Assembly (NCBI GenBank): GCA_031459385.1
Contig: JAVKIP010000001.1
Location: forward strand, 64,001 to 128,000
Source of the DNA: Candidatus Fervidifonticultor secundus
Lineage (GTDB): Bacteria; Sysuimicrobiota; Sysuimicrobiia; Sysuimicrobiales; Humicultoraceae
DNA: 64,000 bases
Direction: 5' to 3'
The position numbers and the translations under genes are program-made. The notes under the pieces are model-generated. The model made no database searches, was not told the DNA's origin, and saw nothing but the letters and a program-made list of their open reading frames with translations. Shown here one piece after another: positions 10,551-22,951 of this stretch; position 1 is the first letter of the stretch, and each line of letters begins with the position of its first letter.

Positions 10551-11563
10551 TCCGCGAGGCGATCCGGGCGGTCGCCGACCGCCAGGCGCTCTCGGAGCAG
10601 GACGCCTGGCAGGCGATGGGCGAGATCATGGACGGCCAGGCGACGCCGGCGCAGATCGCCGCGTTCATCACGGCGCTGCGCATGCGGGGGGAAACGGTAG
10701 ACGAGATCGCGGGGTTCGCGCGGGCGATGCGCGAGCGGGCGCTGCGGGTCACCCCACGCGTGGAGCACCTCATCGACGTGGTGGGAACCGGCGGCGATCG
10801 CGTCAGCACGTTCAACGTCTCCACGACCGCGGCCTTCGTCGTGGCCGGTGCCGGCGGCTCCGTGGCCAAGCACGGGAACCGGGCGGTGAGCCGCGCGTCG
10901 GGCAGCGCCGACGTGCTGGAGGCCCTGGGCGTGAACATCCAGGTGGCTCCCGCGGTGGTGCAGCGGTGCATCGAGGACCTCGGCATCGGCTTCCTCTTCG
11001 CGCCGATCTACCACGCGGCGATGAAGCACGCGGCCGGGCCGCGGCGGGAGATCGGGATCCGCACCGTGTTCAACATCTTGGGGCCGCTGGCCAACCCCGC
11101 GGGCGCCGCCTACCTGCTGGTGGGGACCTACGATCCGGCGCTGGTGCGGATCATGGCCGAGGTGCTGGGCGAGCTCGGCGTGCGGCACGCGCTGGTCGTG
11201 CACGGCGACGGCATGGACGAGCTCTCGACGCTGGGGCCCACGCAGATCGCCGAGCTGCGCGACGGCCGCGTGCACGTGCTGCAGCTGGACCCCGCGGCCC
11301 TGGGGATCGCGCCGCCCCGGGCGGAGGCGATCCGGGGCGGGACGCCGCAGGAGAACGCCGGGGTGACGCTGGGCGTGCTGCAGGGACAGCCGGGGCCCGC
11401 GCGGGACCTGGTGCTGCTCAACGCGGCCGGGGCCCTCGTGGCCGCCGAGCTGGCCGGGGACCTGCGCGAGGGCCTGGCGCTGGCAGCCCGGGCCGTCGAT
11501 TCCGGTGCCGCCTACGAAAAGCTGGAAGGGCTGCGGGCGATGACGAAGGCGGCACAGGCATGA
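10547..11563 (+). CDS. trpD: Anthranilate phosphoribosyltransferase
   Basis: [40 protein letters not shown] overlap. Confidence 0.96.
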
Positions 11564-12372
11564 CGATCCTGGACGAGATGCTGGCGCACAAGCGCCGGGA
11601 GGTCGGTGCCCGCCGGGCCGTGGTCCCGCTGGAGACGGTGCGGGCCCGCGCCGCCGCCGCCCCGCCGCCCCGCGACTTCGCGGGCGCCATCGCCGGGCCG
11701 CCGGTGCGCATCATCGCCGAGGTGAAGCGGGCGTCCCCAGCGCGCGGGATCCTCCGCGGCGACGCCGATCCCGCGGCCGTGGCGCGAGCTTACCAGGCGG
11801 CGGGCGCCGACGCGATCTCGGTGTTGACCGACGCCCGCTACTTCCGCGGCGACCCGGCCGACCTGGCGGCGGTCCGGGTGGCGGTGCCGCTGCCGGTGCT
11901 GTGCAAGGATTTCATCGTCGACCCCTACCAGGTCTACGAGGCCCGGGCCCTGGGCGCCGATGCGGTCCTGCTCATCGCCGGTGCCGTGCCCCGGGAGGTG
12001 CTGGCGGCCCTGCTGGTGCTGGCCGGCGACCTGGGCCTGGCCGCGCTGGTCGAGGTCGACGGGGCGCCGGCGCTGGACGACGCCCTGGCTGCCGGCGCCA
12101 GCATCGTGGGGATCAACAACCGCGACCTGCGGACGTTCGCGGTGGACCTGGAGGCGACCGCGCGGCTGCGGCCCCGGATTCCCGCGGGGCGGCTCGTCGT
12201 GAGCGAGAGCGGCATCGAGACCGCCGACGACCTGCGGCGGGTGGCACGCGCCGGCGTCGACGCGGTGCTGGTGGGCACTGCGTTGATGACGGCCCCCGAG
12301 CCGGGCGCCGCGCTGGCCCGGCTGCGCGCGGCTGCTGTCGAGACCGCATCTACAGGAGGCGCGCACGCATGA
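11560..12372 (+). CDS. trpC: Indole-3-glycerol phosphate synthase
   Basis: IAEVKRASP, SVLTD, KDFIVD, GINNRDL, SESGI. Confidence 0.96.
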   Translation: MTILDEMLAHKRREVGARRAVVPLETVRARAAAAPPPRDFAGAIAGPPVRIIAEVKRASPARGILRGDADPAAVARAYQAAGADAISVLTDARYFRGDPADLAAVRVAVPLPVLCKDFIVDPYQVYEARALGADAVLLIAGAVPREVLAALLVLAGDLGLAALVEVDGAPALDDALAAGASIVGINNRDLRTFAVDLEATARLRPRIPAGRLVVSESGIETADDLRRVARAGVDAVLVGTALMTAPEPGAALARLRAAAVETASTGGAHA

Positions 12373-13385
12373 AGAAGGGACGGCTGCTGACGGGAGACCG
12401 GCCCACGGGCAAGCTACACCTCGGGCACTACGTGGGCACGCTCGCCAACCGGGTGAAGCTCCAGGACGAGTACGACTGCTTCTTCCTGCTGGCCGACTAC
12501 CACATCCTCACCACCCGGCTCGAGCGGCTCGACGAGATCGAGGAGAACATCCGCGAGATCGTGCTGGACTACCTGAGCGTGGGCATCGACCCTGAGCGCT
12601 CGACGATCTTCCTGCAGTCGGGCGTGCCCCAGATTCCGGAGCTGGCGCTGATCTTCTCGATGCTGGTGGCGGTGCCACGTCTGCAGCGGGTGCCTACGCT
12701 GAAGGAGGTCATGCGGGACCTCCGCATCGCCCAGCCGTCAGCCGGCCTGCTGAACTACCCCGTGCTCCAGGCGGCCGATATCCTGAGCGTCAAGGCCGAG
12801 ATCGTGCCCGTCGGGAAGGACCAGGCGTCGCACCTGGAACTGACCCGGGAGCTCGCGCGGCGGTTCAACGACACCTTCGCGCCGGTGTTCCCCGAGCCGG
12901 CCACGCTCATCGGCGAGGTGGGCACGCTGCCCGGCACGGACGGCAAAGCCAAGATGAGCAAGTCGCTGGGCAACGTCATCTACCTGTCGGACGACCCGGA
13001 GACGGTGACCCAGCGGGTCATGCGCATGTACACCGACCCCCGGCGCATTCACCCCACCGATCCCGGCACCGTGGAGGGCAACCCGGTCTTCACCTACCAC
13101 GATGCGTTCAACGCCAACCGGGACGAGGTGGACGAGCTGAAGCGCCGCTACCGCGCGGGCACCGTGGGCGACGTGGAGGTGAAGCAGCGGCTGGCCCGGG
13201 CGCTGAACGCCTTCCTCGACCCGATCCGGGAGCGTCGCGCCCGCTATGCGGCGCAGCCGGGTCTCGTGGAGGAGATCGTGGTGGAGGGAACGCGCCGGGT
13301 GCGGGAGATCGCCGGCCAGACGCTGGCGGAAGCCAAGGACGCGATGAAGATGGCGTACTTTCAGGCCGTACGGCCGCGGGTGTGA
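12369..13385 (+). CDS. trpS: Tryptophanyl-tRNA synthetase
   Basis: LTGDRPTGKLHLGH (HIGH), YPVLQAADIL, VPVGKDQ, KMSKS; AGGAGG RBS. Confidence 0.96.
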   Translation: MKKGRLLTGDRPTGKLHLGHYVGTLANRVKLQDEYDCFFLLADYHILTTRLERLDEIEENIREIVLDYLSVGIDPERSTIFLQSGVPQIPELALIFSMLVAVPRLQRVPTLKEVMRDLRIAQPSAGLLNYPVLQAADILSVKAEIVPVGKDQASHLELTRELARRFNDTFAPVFPEPATLIGEVGTLPGTDGKAKMSKSLGNVIYLSDDPETVTQRVMRMYTDPRRIHPTDPGTVEGNPVFTYHDAFNANRDEVDELKRRYRAGTVGDVEVKQRLARALNAFLDPIRERRARYAAQPGLVEEIVVEGTRRVREIAGQTLAEAKDAMKMAYFQAVRPRV

Positions 13386-13416
13386 GCGGGGCGCGGGCGT
13401 GCATGGAGCCGCGGGC

Positions 13417-14080
13417 GTGATCCGGGTCAAGATCTGCGGCATCACCGACGACGCCGAGGCGCTGGCGGCGGCCGCCGCCGGCGCGGACGCCGTCGGCTTC
13501 GTCTTCGCGCCCAGCCGGCGCCAGATCGACCCCGTGCGCGCGCGGCAGGTGGCGGCGGTGCTCCCGCCGTTCGTCACCCGCGTGGGCGTGGTCGTCAACG
13601 AGCCCCTGGAGCGGCTGCGGGCGCTGGTGGACGGCGTGCGCCTGGACGCGGTGCAACTCCACGGCGACGAGCCGCCCGAGTACTGTGCGGCGGCGGCCGC
13701 GTGGGGGATCACCGTGATCAAGGCGGTGCCGGTCGCCGGCCCCCTGGACCTGGCCCGGCTGCGCGCCTACCGGGCCGCAGCCGTGCTGCTCGACGCGCAC
13801 CGGCCGGGCCAGCGAGGCGGCACAGGCCAGCCCTTCGACTGGCGGCTGGCCGCGCCGACGGCGCAGGTGCTGCGCGTGATCCTCTCGGGCGGCCTGCGGC
13901 CGGAGACCGTGGCCGAGGGGATCCGCGTGGTGCGGCCCTACGGGGTCGACGTCAGCTCGGGCGTGGAGAGCGACGGTCGGAAGGACCCGGCCAAGATGGC
14001 CGCGTTCGTGGCGGCGGCCCGCCAGGCGGCGTCGTCTCCCGGGACGCCGGCCGCGTCCGGGAGGGAGGTGTGCAGGCACC

Positions 14081-14106
<26 letters not shown>
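13417..14106 (+). CDS. trpF: Phosphoribosylanthranilate isomerase
   Basis: [39 protein letters not shown] start after GGAG. Confidence 0.94.
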
Positions 14107-15270
<1,164 letters not shown>

Positions 15271-15274
<4 letters not shown>

Positions 15275-16080
15275 GCCGGATCGCCGACACGTTCGCCAGG
15301 CTGCGGGCCCGGGGCCGACGCGCCCTCATCCCGTTCCTCATGGCCGGGGACCCCTCACTGGCCGACACCACCGTCTTCCTGCCGCGGCTTGCGGAGGCCG
15401 GCGCCGACCTGCTGGAAGTCGGCGTCCCGTTCTCCGATCCGATCGCCGACGGCCCGACGAATCAGCGGGCCGCGCAGCGCGCGCTGGCGGCCGGGGTGCG
15501 CCTGCGCGACGTGCTGACGATGGTCGCCGGCGTGCGGGAGCGCCTGGGGCTGCCGCTGGTGCTGCTCACCTACTACAACCCCGTGCTGCGCTACGGCCTG
15601 GAGGCCTTTGGCCGGGATGCCGCCGCCGCCGGCGTGGACGGCGTGGTGATCCCGGATCTCCCGCCTGAAGACGGTCGGCCCCTGCAGGAGACGGTGCGGG
15701 CACAGGGGCTCGATACTATCTTCTTGGTGGCGCCCACCAGCACCGACGAGCGCCTGGCCGCAGTCGCCGCGGCGGCGTCGGGGTTCGTGTACTGCGTGTC
15801 GCTGACTGGTGTGACGGGGGCGCGCACCGACCTGGCCGGCGACGTCGGCGCCCTGGTCGGACGGCTGCGGCGGCACACGGCGCTGCCGGCCTGCGTCGGG
15901 TTCGGCATCTCGACGCCCGAACACGCGCGGCAGGTGGCGAGCGTCGCCGACGGGGTCATCGTCGGCAGCGCCGTCGTGGCGCTGGTCGAACAGCACGCCG
16001 CCGCGGCCGGGGAGGCGCTGGAGAGGTTCGTGCGGGCGCTGCGGGCCGGCGTGGACGCTGCGCCGGTCGGCCGCCGCTGA
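15271..16080 (+). CDS. trpA: Tryptophan synthase alpha chain
   Basis: [37 protein letters not shown]. Confidence 0.97.
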
Positions 16081-16114
16081 CCGGCGCCGCGCGGCGCCGA
16101 GAGAGGCGACCGCG

Positions 16115-16627
16115 GTGGGGCTCTTCACCCCGCGTCCGGATCCCGAGGGACCCGCGGCCGTCTACCTGCGCACGCTGATCTTCGTCTTCCACGGCGAGCG
16201 CGTGCTGTTGATGCAGCGCGCCGGCGGCCCCGAGGCCGGCTGGTGGAACGGCCTCGGGGGGAAGCTCGACCGGGGCGAGGACCCGCTGGAGGCCGCCCGG
16301 CGCGAGCTGTCCGAGGAAGCCGGGATCGTGCCACCTTTGGTCTTCCGCGGCGTGGCTAGCGTCATCGTGCGCGCGACCGGCGCGCACTGGGTGATCTTCC
16401 TGTTCGCGGCGCGGGCAGAGGGCGAGACGGTGGTAGCGTCGCCCGAGGGCGTGCTGCGCTGGGTCGCGCCGGACGACCTGGCGACGCTGCGGCTCTTTCC
16501 CGACGTGACGCTGTTGCTGCCCTGTGTGCGGCCCGAGGTCGGGGGCGTCGTCCTGGCCAAGGTCGTCTACGCGACGGCCGACCTGGCCAGCTTCGACCCG
16601 TCGGCGACCCGGATCGTCACCTTTTGA
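16115..16627 (+). CDS. Nudix hydrolase, MutT/8-oxo-dGTPase-like
   Basis: WNGLGGKLDRGEDPLEAARRELSEEAG Nudix box; SPEGVLRW. Confidence 0.85.
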   Translation: MGLFTPRPDPEGPAAVYLRTLIFVFHGERVLLMQRAGGPEAGWWNGLGGKLDRGEDPLEAARRELSEEAGIVPPLVFRGVASVIVRATGAHWVIFLFAARAEGETVVASPEGVLRWVAPDDLATLRLFPDVTLLLPCVRPEVGGVVLAKVVYATADLASFDPSATRIVTF

Positions 16628-16688
16628 GGAGTCGCCAGACGGCGCGTCGAAGCCCCTCCGGGGGCTCCTGGCAGCCCGAGATGCCGGT

Positions 16689-17285
16689 ATGGGACTGAAC
16701 GAGCGCATTCTCGTCGTGCCGCGCGTGCACCTGTTGCCCGACGGCAGCTTCCACGGCGTGCGCACCGACGGGCTCGACAGCTACCGGGTGCGCATCCGCG
16801 CCCACGGCCAGGTCCGGCGCCGGGCCGACGTCGAGGACGACCCGTCGCTGAAGCAGATCATCCCCTACCTGGTGGTGCGGGCTGCGGGCCGCTACCTGCT
16901 GGTGCAGCGCACGCAGCGTGGCGCCGAGGCGCGGCTGCACGGCCTGGTGTCCGTCGGCGTGGGCGGGCACGTGGGCGGTGCCGACGTTGCCGGCGCCGAC
17001 GACCCGGTGGAGGCTGGCCTGCGGCGCGAACTGGAGGAGGAGTTGGTCATCGACGGGCCCTGGACCGCGCAGCTCGTGGGGGTGCTCAACGACGACACGA
17101 ACCCCGTCAGCAGCGTCCACTTCGGCCTGGTGCACGTCGTCGAGGTGCCCTCGGGCCGGGTGCGCGTCCGCGAGACCCACAAGCTCTCCGGGCACCTGGC
17201 CACGCTGGAGGAGGTGCGGGCCGCCTACCCGCGCATGGAGACGTGGTCGCAGCTCGTGGTCGACGCAGGAGTGCTGGTGCCGTGA
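16689..17285 (+). CDS. Predicted Nudix-family phosphoesterase
   Basis: EDDPSLKQIIPY, RLHGLVSVGVGGH, RELEEEL, NDDTNPVSSVHFG, METWSQ. Confidence 0.8.
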   Translation: MGLNERILVVPRVHLLPDGSFHGVRTDGLDSYRVRIRAHGQVRRRADVEDDPSLKQIIPYLVVRAAGRYLLVQRTQRGAEARLHGLVSVGVGGHVGGADVAGADDPVEAGLRRELEEELVIDGPWTAQLVGVLNDDTNPVSSVHFGLVHVVEVPSGRVRVRETHKLSGHLATLEEVRAAYPRMETWSQLVVDAGVLVP

Positions 17286-18211
17286 GGCCCTCCGCCCCCA
17301 CCGCCGACGCACCAGCGCCCCCCGCCGGCCAGCGGGTGGCGCGACTGGTGGTGTCCCGACGCTACCGCCTGGACCGCACGCTGGCGTGCGGGCAGTGCTT
17401 CCGGTGGACGGTGCTGGACGCGAGCGCACCGCACGCCGCGAATGGCCCCGGGCGGGCAACGCTGGCCCGGGGTGTCGTGGACGGCGCGGTCGCCGTGGTG
17501 TCCCAGCAGGGCGCGGTGCTGCGCGTCGCGTGGGACGGGCCGCCCGGTGTGCTGGAGCGCCTGCGCGTCCACCTGGGCGCAGACGCGCCGCTGACGGCGA
17601 TCGAAGCCGCGCTGGCGCGCGACCCGGTGCTGCGCCGCCTGCTGCCCCAGACCTCCGGCATCGCCATCATGCGGCAGGACCCCTGGGAGTGTCTGGTCTC
17701 GTACGTGATCTCGGCATTCAACAACATCCCCAAGATCCGGACGAGCATCGAGGAAGTTGCGCGGCGCTTCGGTGTGCCCATCCCGGGCACCACCGCGTGG
17801 GCCTTCCCCCGGCCCGAGCGTCTGGCGGAGGCGCGGGTGGAGGCCCTGCGGGCCTGTCTGCTGGGGTACCGGGCGGCGTCCGTGCGGGCCCTGGCGCGAC
17901 TGGTGGCCGATGGGGACGTCGACCTCTCCCGGATAGGGGCGCTGCCCTACGCCCAGGCGCACCAGGCCCTGGTGGCTCTCCCCGGGGTGGGCGCGAAGGT
18001 GGCCGAGTGCGTGCTGCTGTTCGCCTACGGTATCGGCGCGGCGTTTCCCGTGGACGTGTGGGTGCAGCGCGCGGTCGAGCGCTGGTACTTCGGCGGCCGC
18101 ACGCGCACGCCGGGCGCGATCCGGGCGTGGGCCCGCGACCGGTTCGGGCCGCTGGCGGGCCACGCGCAGCAGCACCTCTACGCCGCGGCCCGCGCCGCCC
18201 GGGTGCGCTGA
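17282..18211 (+). CDS. 8-oxoguanine DNA glycosylase (Ogg1-like, HhH-GPD family)
   Basis: TLACGQCFRW, RQDPWECLVSYVIS..NNIPKI, LGYRA, LPGVGAKVAECVLLF, FPVDVW. Confidence 0.88.
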   Translation: MRPSAPTADAPAPPAGQRVARLVVSRRYRLDRTLACGQCFRWTVLDASAPHAANGPGRATLARGVVDGAVAVVSQQGAVLRVAWDGPPGVLERLRVHLGADAPLTAIEAALARDPVLRRLLPQTSGIAIMRQDPWECLVSYVISAFNNIPKIRTSIEEVARRFGVPIPGTTAWAFPRPERLAEARVEALRACLLGYRAASVRALARLVADGDVDLSRIGALPYAQAHQALVALPGVGAKVAECVLLFAYGIGAAFPVDVWVQRAVERWYFGGRTRTPGAIRAWARDRFGPLAGHAQQHLYAAARAARVR

Positions 18212-18232
18212 GCGCAGGAGCCCCGGCAGGGG

Positions 18233-18912
<680 letters not shown>

Positions 18913-18919
<7 letters not shown>

Positions 18920-19683
18920 GCCTGCAGGTCCTCGTCGCCGGTGCCCAGGTAGACGGCCTGCACGCGCGGGTCGGCGCGCACCGCGGCCGCGGGGCCGTCG
19001 GCCAGTACCTGGCCGTAGTGCATGACCGTGATGTTGTCGGCCAGCGCCGCCACCACGTCCATGTCGTGCTCGATGATGCACAGGGTGATCTCCCGCGGCA
19101 GCACGGCCAGCAGTTCCACCATCCGCGCCGTCTCCCCCGGCGACGTGCCTGCTGTGGGCTCGTCCAGCAGCAGCACCGCAGGACGCGTCGCCAGCGCCAG
19201 CGCCAGTTCCAGCTGGCGCTGTTCGCCGTAGGAGAGCTCGGCCACCGGCCGGCCGCGCCGGTCGCCGAGGCCCACCTGCGCCAGGAGCAGGTCGGCCTCC
19301 CGGGCGACCTCCGGGTACGCATCGGCGGAGCGGAACAGCTCCCGGCCCAGGTGCAGGCGCACCTGCACCGCGAGCCGCACGTTCTCCCAGACCGTCAGCT
19401 GCAGGAACAGATTGTTGCGCTGGAAGGTGCGGCCCAGCCCCATCCGTGCCCGCCGGTGGGGCGGGATGCCGGTGACGTCCGTCCCCAGCAGGCGCACGGT
19501 GCCGCTGGTCGGGCGCAGCTCGCCGCTGATGATGTGGAACAGCGTGGTCTTGCCGGCACCGTTGGGCCCGATGACCGCACGGCGCTCCCCCGCGGCCACC
19601 GTCAGGTCCACGCCCGCCAGGGCCGCCAGCGCCCCGAAGCGCATCTGCACGCCGCGCACCTCGACCGCCGCCGCCACGGGCAT
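18913..19683 (-). CDS. livG: Branched-chain/aromatic ABC ATPase, LivG-like
   Basis: GPNGAGKTT, RTFQ, LSYGEQRQLE, IEHDM, VQAVYLG. Confidence 0.9.
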
Positions 19684-20714
19684 CACTCCGCCGGCATGTC
19701 GGCGTCCCGGGCGGGGAGGTCGCGCGTCCCGGCCGGCGCGCCGGCGCCGCGCGCGGCCAGGGACACGGGGAAGCCACCTCCGCGGCGCACCGCACGGTCC
19801 AGCTGACGCCACAGCCCCACCAGGCCGCCGCGCGCGACCAGTACGAAGCCGATGAAGACCAGCCCCATGACCGTCATCCACCGCTGGGTCAGCAGCGAGC
19901 TGACCAGATCCTGAATCGCGACCACGACGAAGGCGCCGAGGATCGGCCCGATCAGGCTGTGGACGCCGCCGATGATGATCATGATCATCAGCTGCCCCGA
20001 CCGGTGCCAGTGGATCTCCGAGGGCGAGATGAAGCCGTTGAACTGCCCGAAGAGCGCGCCAGCGAGGCCGGCCAGGCCCCCGGCCAGCACGAAGGCCGCC
20101 AGCTTGTAGGCCCGCACGTTGCATCCCAGCGCCTGCAGCCGTCCTTCGTTCTCACGAATGCCGATCAGCGTGCGGCCGAAGGGCGCGTCCAGCACGCGGC
20201 GCAGGAACCAGAGCACCAGTAGGTAGCAGACGAGCGCCACCACGTACATCCGCGTGGCGTCCATCTCCACCCCGAGCCCCGTCGGCCTGGGGATGCTCAA
20301 CAGGCCGTCGGACCCGCCGGTCACGGTGCGCCACTTGATGGCCAGCGCGTACAGCATCTGCCCTACGGCCAGGGTGATCATCAGGAAGGTCACGGCTGCC
20401 GTGCGCAGCGCGAACAGCCCCACCACCAGCGCGAGCACCGCGGCGGCCGCCATGCCCACCGGCACCGTCGCCCAGAACAGCGGGGTGACGTGCTTGGCGA
20501 GCAGTCCGGCGGCGTACCCGCCCGTGGCGAAGTAGGCCGCGTGCCCCATGGAGATCAGGCCGGTGAAGCCCAGCAGCAGGTTGAGACTGGTGGCGGCGAT
20601 GCCGAAGATCAGCACCTCGGCCGCGACCGTCAGCAGGAACCGGGGTGCCCACAGCGGGAGCGACACCAGCCCCGCCACGGCCAGCGCCCCGGCGAGGCGC
20701 CCGGAGCCGGTCAC
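19683..20714 (-). CDS. livM: Branched-chain/aromatic ABC permease, LivM-like
   Basis: NLLLGFTGLISMGHAAYF, TGGSDG, IRENEGR; hydrophobic. Confidence 0.88.
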   Translation of the reverse strand: MTGSGRLAGALAVAGLVSLPLWAPRFLLTVAAEVLIFGIAATSLNLLLGFTGLISMGHAAYFATGGYAAGLLAKHVTPLFWATVPVGMAAAAVLALVVGLFALRTAAVTFLMITLAVGQMLYALAIKWRTVTGGSDGLLSIPRPTGLGVEMDATRMYVVALVCYLLVLWFLRRVLDAPFGRTLIGIRENEGRLQALGCNVRAYKLAAFVLAGGLAGLAGALFGQFNGFISPSEIHWHRSGQLMIMIIIGGVHSLIGPILGAFVVVAIQDLVSSLLTQRWMTVMGLVFIGFVLVARGGLVGLWRQLDRAVRRGGGFPVSLAARGAGAPAGTRDLPARDADMPAE

Positions 20715-21580
20715 GAACCGCCCTTCGCCAGGAGCCCGCCCGGCCGGTACAGCAGGACGAGGGCCATGACGCCGAAGATGAAGAACAGGGAGAAGTCGGG
20801 TAGCAGCGCCTTGCCGAACGTGTCGGCCTGGCCGATGAGGATGCTCCCCCAGAACGAACCCGACAGGCTGCCGAGCCCGCCGGTGACCACGACGATCAGC
20901 GCCAGCATCAGGATCTCGGCGTCCAGCCCGGGCGCCACGCCGATGATCGGCCCCGCCACGACCCCCGCGAGCGCGGCCAGGCCGCACCCAAACGCGAATG
21001 TGTGGGCGAAGACCCGGCCGATGTCGATGCCCAGGTTGCGGACCATGGTGCGGTTGCTGACGCCCGCCCGGATGACGGCCCCCCAGCGGGTGCGCTCGAC
21101 CAGCACCCACAGCACCCCCGCGGCCAGCAGGCCGAAGGCGATGACGAACAGCCGGTACTTGGGGTAGAAGAGCGGGCCCAGGGCCAGGGCCCCGGTGAGC
21201 CCGGGCGGCGCGGGAATCGCCTCTTCGAACGCGCCCCAGACGTGCCGCGCCTGGTCGGCCAGCACGAAGGCCAGGCCCAGCGTGAGCAGCACCTGGTCCA
21301 GGTGGCCGCGGGCGTAGAGCGGTCGGATCAGCGCGATCTCGATGGCGTAGCCCAGCAGGGCCACGGTCACCGGCGCCACCACCAGCGCCAGCCAGAAGTT
21401 CCCCGCGGTCTTGACCACCGACAGCCCGATGTAGGCCCCGATGAGGTAGAAGGTGCCGTGGGCCAGGTTCAGGACGTCCATCAGGCCGAAGATGAGCGTC
21501 AGGCCCACGGCCACCAGGAAGAGCGTCATGGCGAAGGAGGCGCCGTTGAGGAACTGCTGCGCGAGGAAGATCGGGTCCAT
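20711..21580 (-). CDS. livH: Branched-chain/aromatic ABC permease, LivH-like
   Basis: GLTLIFGLMDVLNLAHG, GAVIRAG, GGLGSL. Confidence 0.9.
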   Translation of the reverse strand: MDPIFLAQQFLNGASFAMTLFLVAVGLTLIFGLMDVLNLAHGTFYLIGAYIGLSVVKTAGNFWLALVVAPVTVALLGYAIEIALIRPLYARGHLDQVLLTLGLAFVLADQARHVWGAFEEAIPAPPGLTGALALGPLFYPKYRLFVIAFGLLAAGVLWVLVERTRWGAVIRAGVSNRTMVRNLGIDIGRVFAHTFAFGCGLAALAGVVAGPIIGVAPGLDAEILMLALIVVVTGGLGSLSGSFWGSILIGQADTFGKALLPDFSLFFIFGVMALVLLYRPGGLLAKGGS

Positions 21581-21644
21581 CAGGGGGCCCGGGCGGCGGG
21601 CGGCCGAGGCCCCGGCCGCCCGCGGGCGCAGCGCGCAGGCGCGC

Positions 21645-22838
21645 TTACCTGGTGACGCCCGGATCCTTCCAGTTGGTCAGCACCTTCAGCACGCGGGGCA
21701 CGACCGCGTCGCCCTCCCGGACGACCTCGTAGATGTAGATCGTCAGGATGACGTTGTTGGTCTCCGGGTCGATCTTGAACGGCCCGCGGGGCCCCCGGAA
21801 CGTGACGCCCCGCAGCGCCTCGATGAATCGCTGCTGGTTGGAGGTGTCGCCGTTGACCTTCTTCAACCCCTCGGCGATCATGATGGCCGTCTCGTAGGCC
21901 TGGGCCGCGTACACGTCCGGCGTCCGGTTGTACTTCTGCCGGAAGCCGGCGACGAACTTCCGGTTCTCCGGGTAGCCCAGCGTGGAGATCCACGCCAGCG
22001 CGCCCTTCATGCCCACGGCCGCCTCGCCCACGACCGGCAGGATGTCGTCGCCGATCATGAACCCGTTGCAGATGATGTTGGTCCCGGTCATGCCGAACTC
22101 GCGCCACTGCCGGATCAGGCGGATGGCGTCGGCGCCCGCGGCGAAGCAGTAGACCAGGTCGGCGTTCTGCATTGCCAGCCGCACCCGGCCCAGGTAGGGG
22201 GCGAAGTCGGGCGTTCCCAGCGGATACCAGATCTCCTCCACGACGCGCCCGCCCGCGGGCTCGAAGGTGTCCTTGAACGCCCGGACGTTGTCGCGGCCGA
22301 CCTGGTAGTCGGCCTGCAGCGTCACCGCCCGCTTCCCGATGTTTCGGGCCGCCCACTCACCCTGCGACGCCGCGATCTGCCAGTTGGTGAACGACGTGCG
22401 AAACAGCCACGGGCTGCGCTTCTCGCGCGTGGCGCCGTCGAAGCCGGCGTTGGAGATGATGGTGACGACCCGTGCGTCCCGGATGGGGTCCACCAGGGCG
22501 GCCAGCGACCCGGAGGAGACCACGCCGGTCACCAGGTCGACCCGATCCTGCTCGACGAACTTCCGAAACTTGCGCACCGCCACCTCGGTGCTCGGGACGC
22601 CCTCGTCCTCCTTGATCAGGACGAGCCGGCGCCCGGCCGCCGTCCAGCCGATGGACTCGAAGTACATCTCGGTGGCCTGCGTCATAGACTCGCCCAGGCG
22701 GGCGAAGACGCCCGAGTAGGGCAGCAGGAGGCCGATCTTGAAGTCGCGCGCCGCCGCGGGAAACACTGACGGCGCCAGCACGGTTCCCAGGACAACGACC
22801 GCCATCAGGCTGATCATGCCGCGCACTCGGTACCGCAT
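21645..22838 (-). CDS. LivJ/K-type solute-binding protein, probably for an aromatic acid
   Basis: Sec signal peptide, KIGLLLPYSGVFA, GVVSSG, FRTSFTNWQ, GPRGPF. Confidence 0.85.
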   Translation of the reverse strand: MRYRVRGMISLMAVVVLGTVLAPSVFPAAARDFKIGLLLPYSGVFARLGESMTQATEMYFESIGWTAAGRRLVLIKEDEGVPSTEVAVRKFRKFVEQDRVDLVTGVVSSGSLAALVDPIRDARVVTIISNAGFDGATREKRSPWLFRTSFTNWQIAASQGEWAARNIGKRAVTLQADYQVGRDNVRAFKDTFEPAGGRVVEEIWYPLGTPDFAPYLGRVRLAMQNADLVYCFAAGADAIRLIRQWREFGMTGTNIICNGFMIGDDILPVVGEAAVGMKGALAWISTLGYPENRKFVAGFRQKYNRTPDVYAAQAYETAIMIAEGLKKVNGDTSNQQRFIEALRGVTFRGPRGPFKIDPETNNVILTIYIYEVVREGDAVVPRVLKVLTNWKDPGVTR

Positions 22839-22951
22839 GCGCCACCACCCCCAGACGTCCTGGCCGGGCCGCCGTCGGCTCAGGCGTGAGCCCAGTATTC
22901 GGAACGGGGAAGGGGCCGCCCTGCCGCACAGGACCCGGCGGCGCAGTGCGG

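Noticed and set aside
12369..13385. trpS as an indolmycin-resistant auxiliary TrpRS
   Set aside because: It resembles the TGDRPTG subtype but retains His in DYH and sits in the housekeeping trp operon; no support for a resistance role
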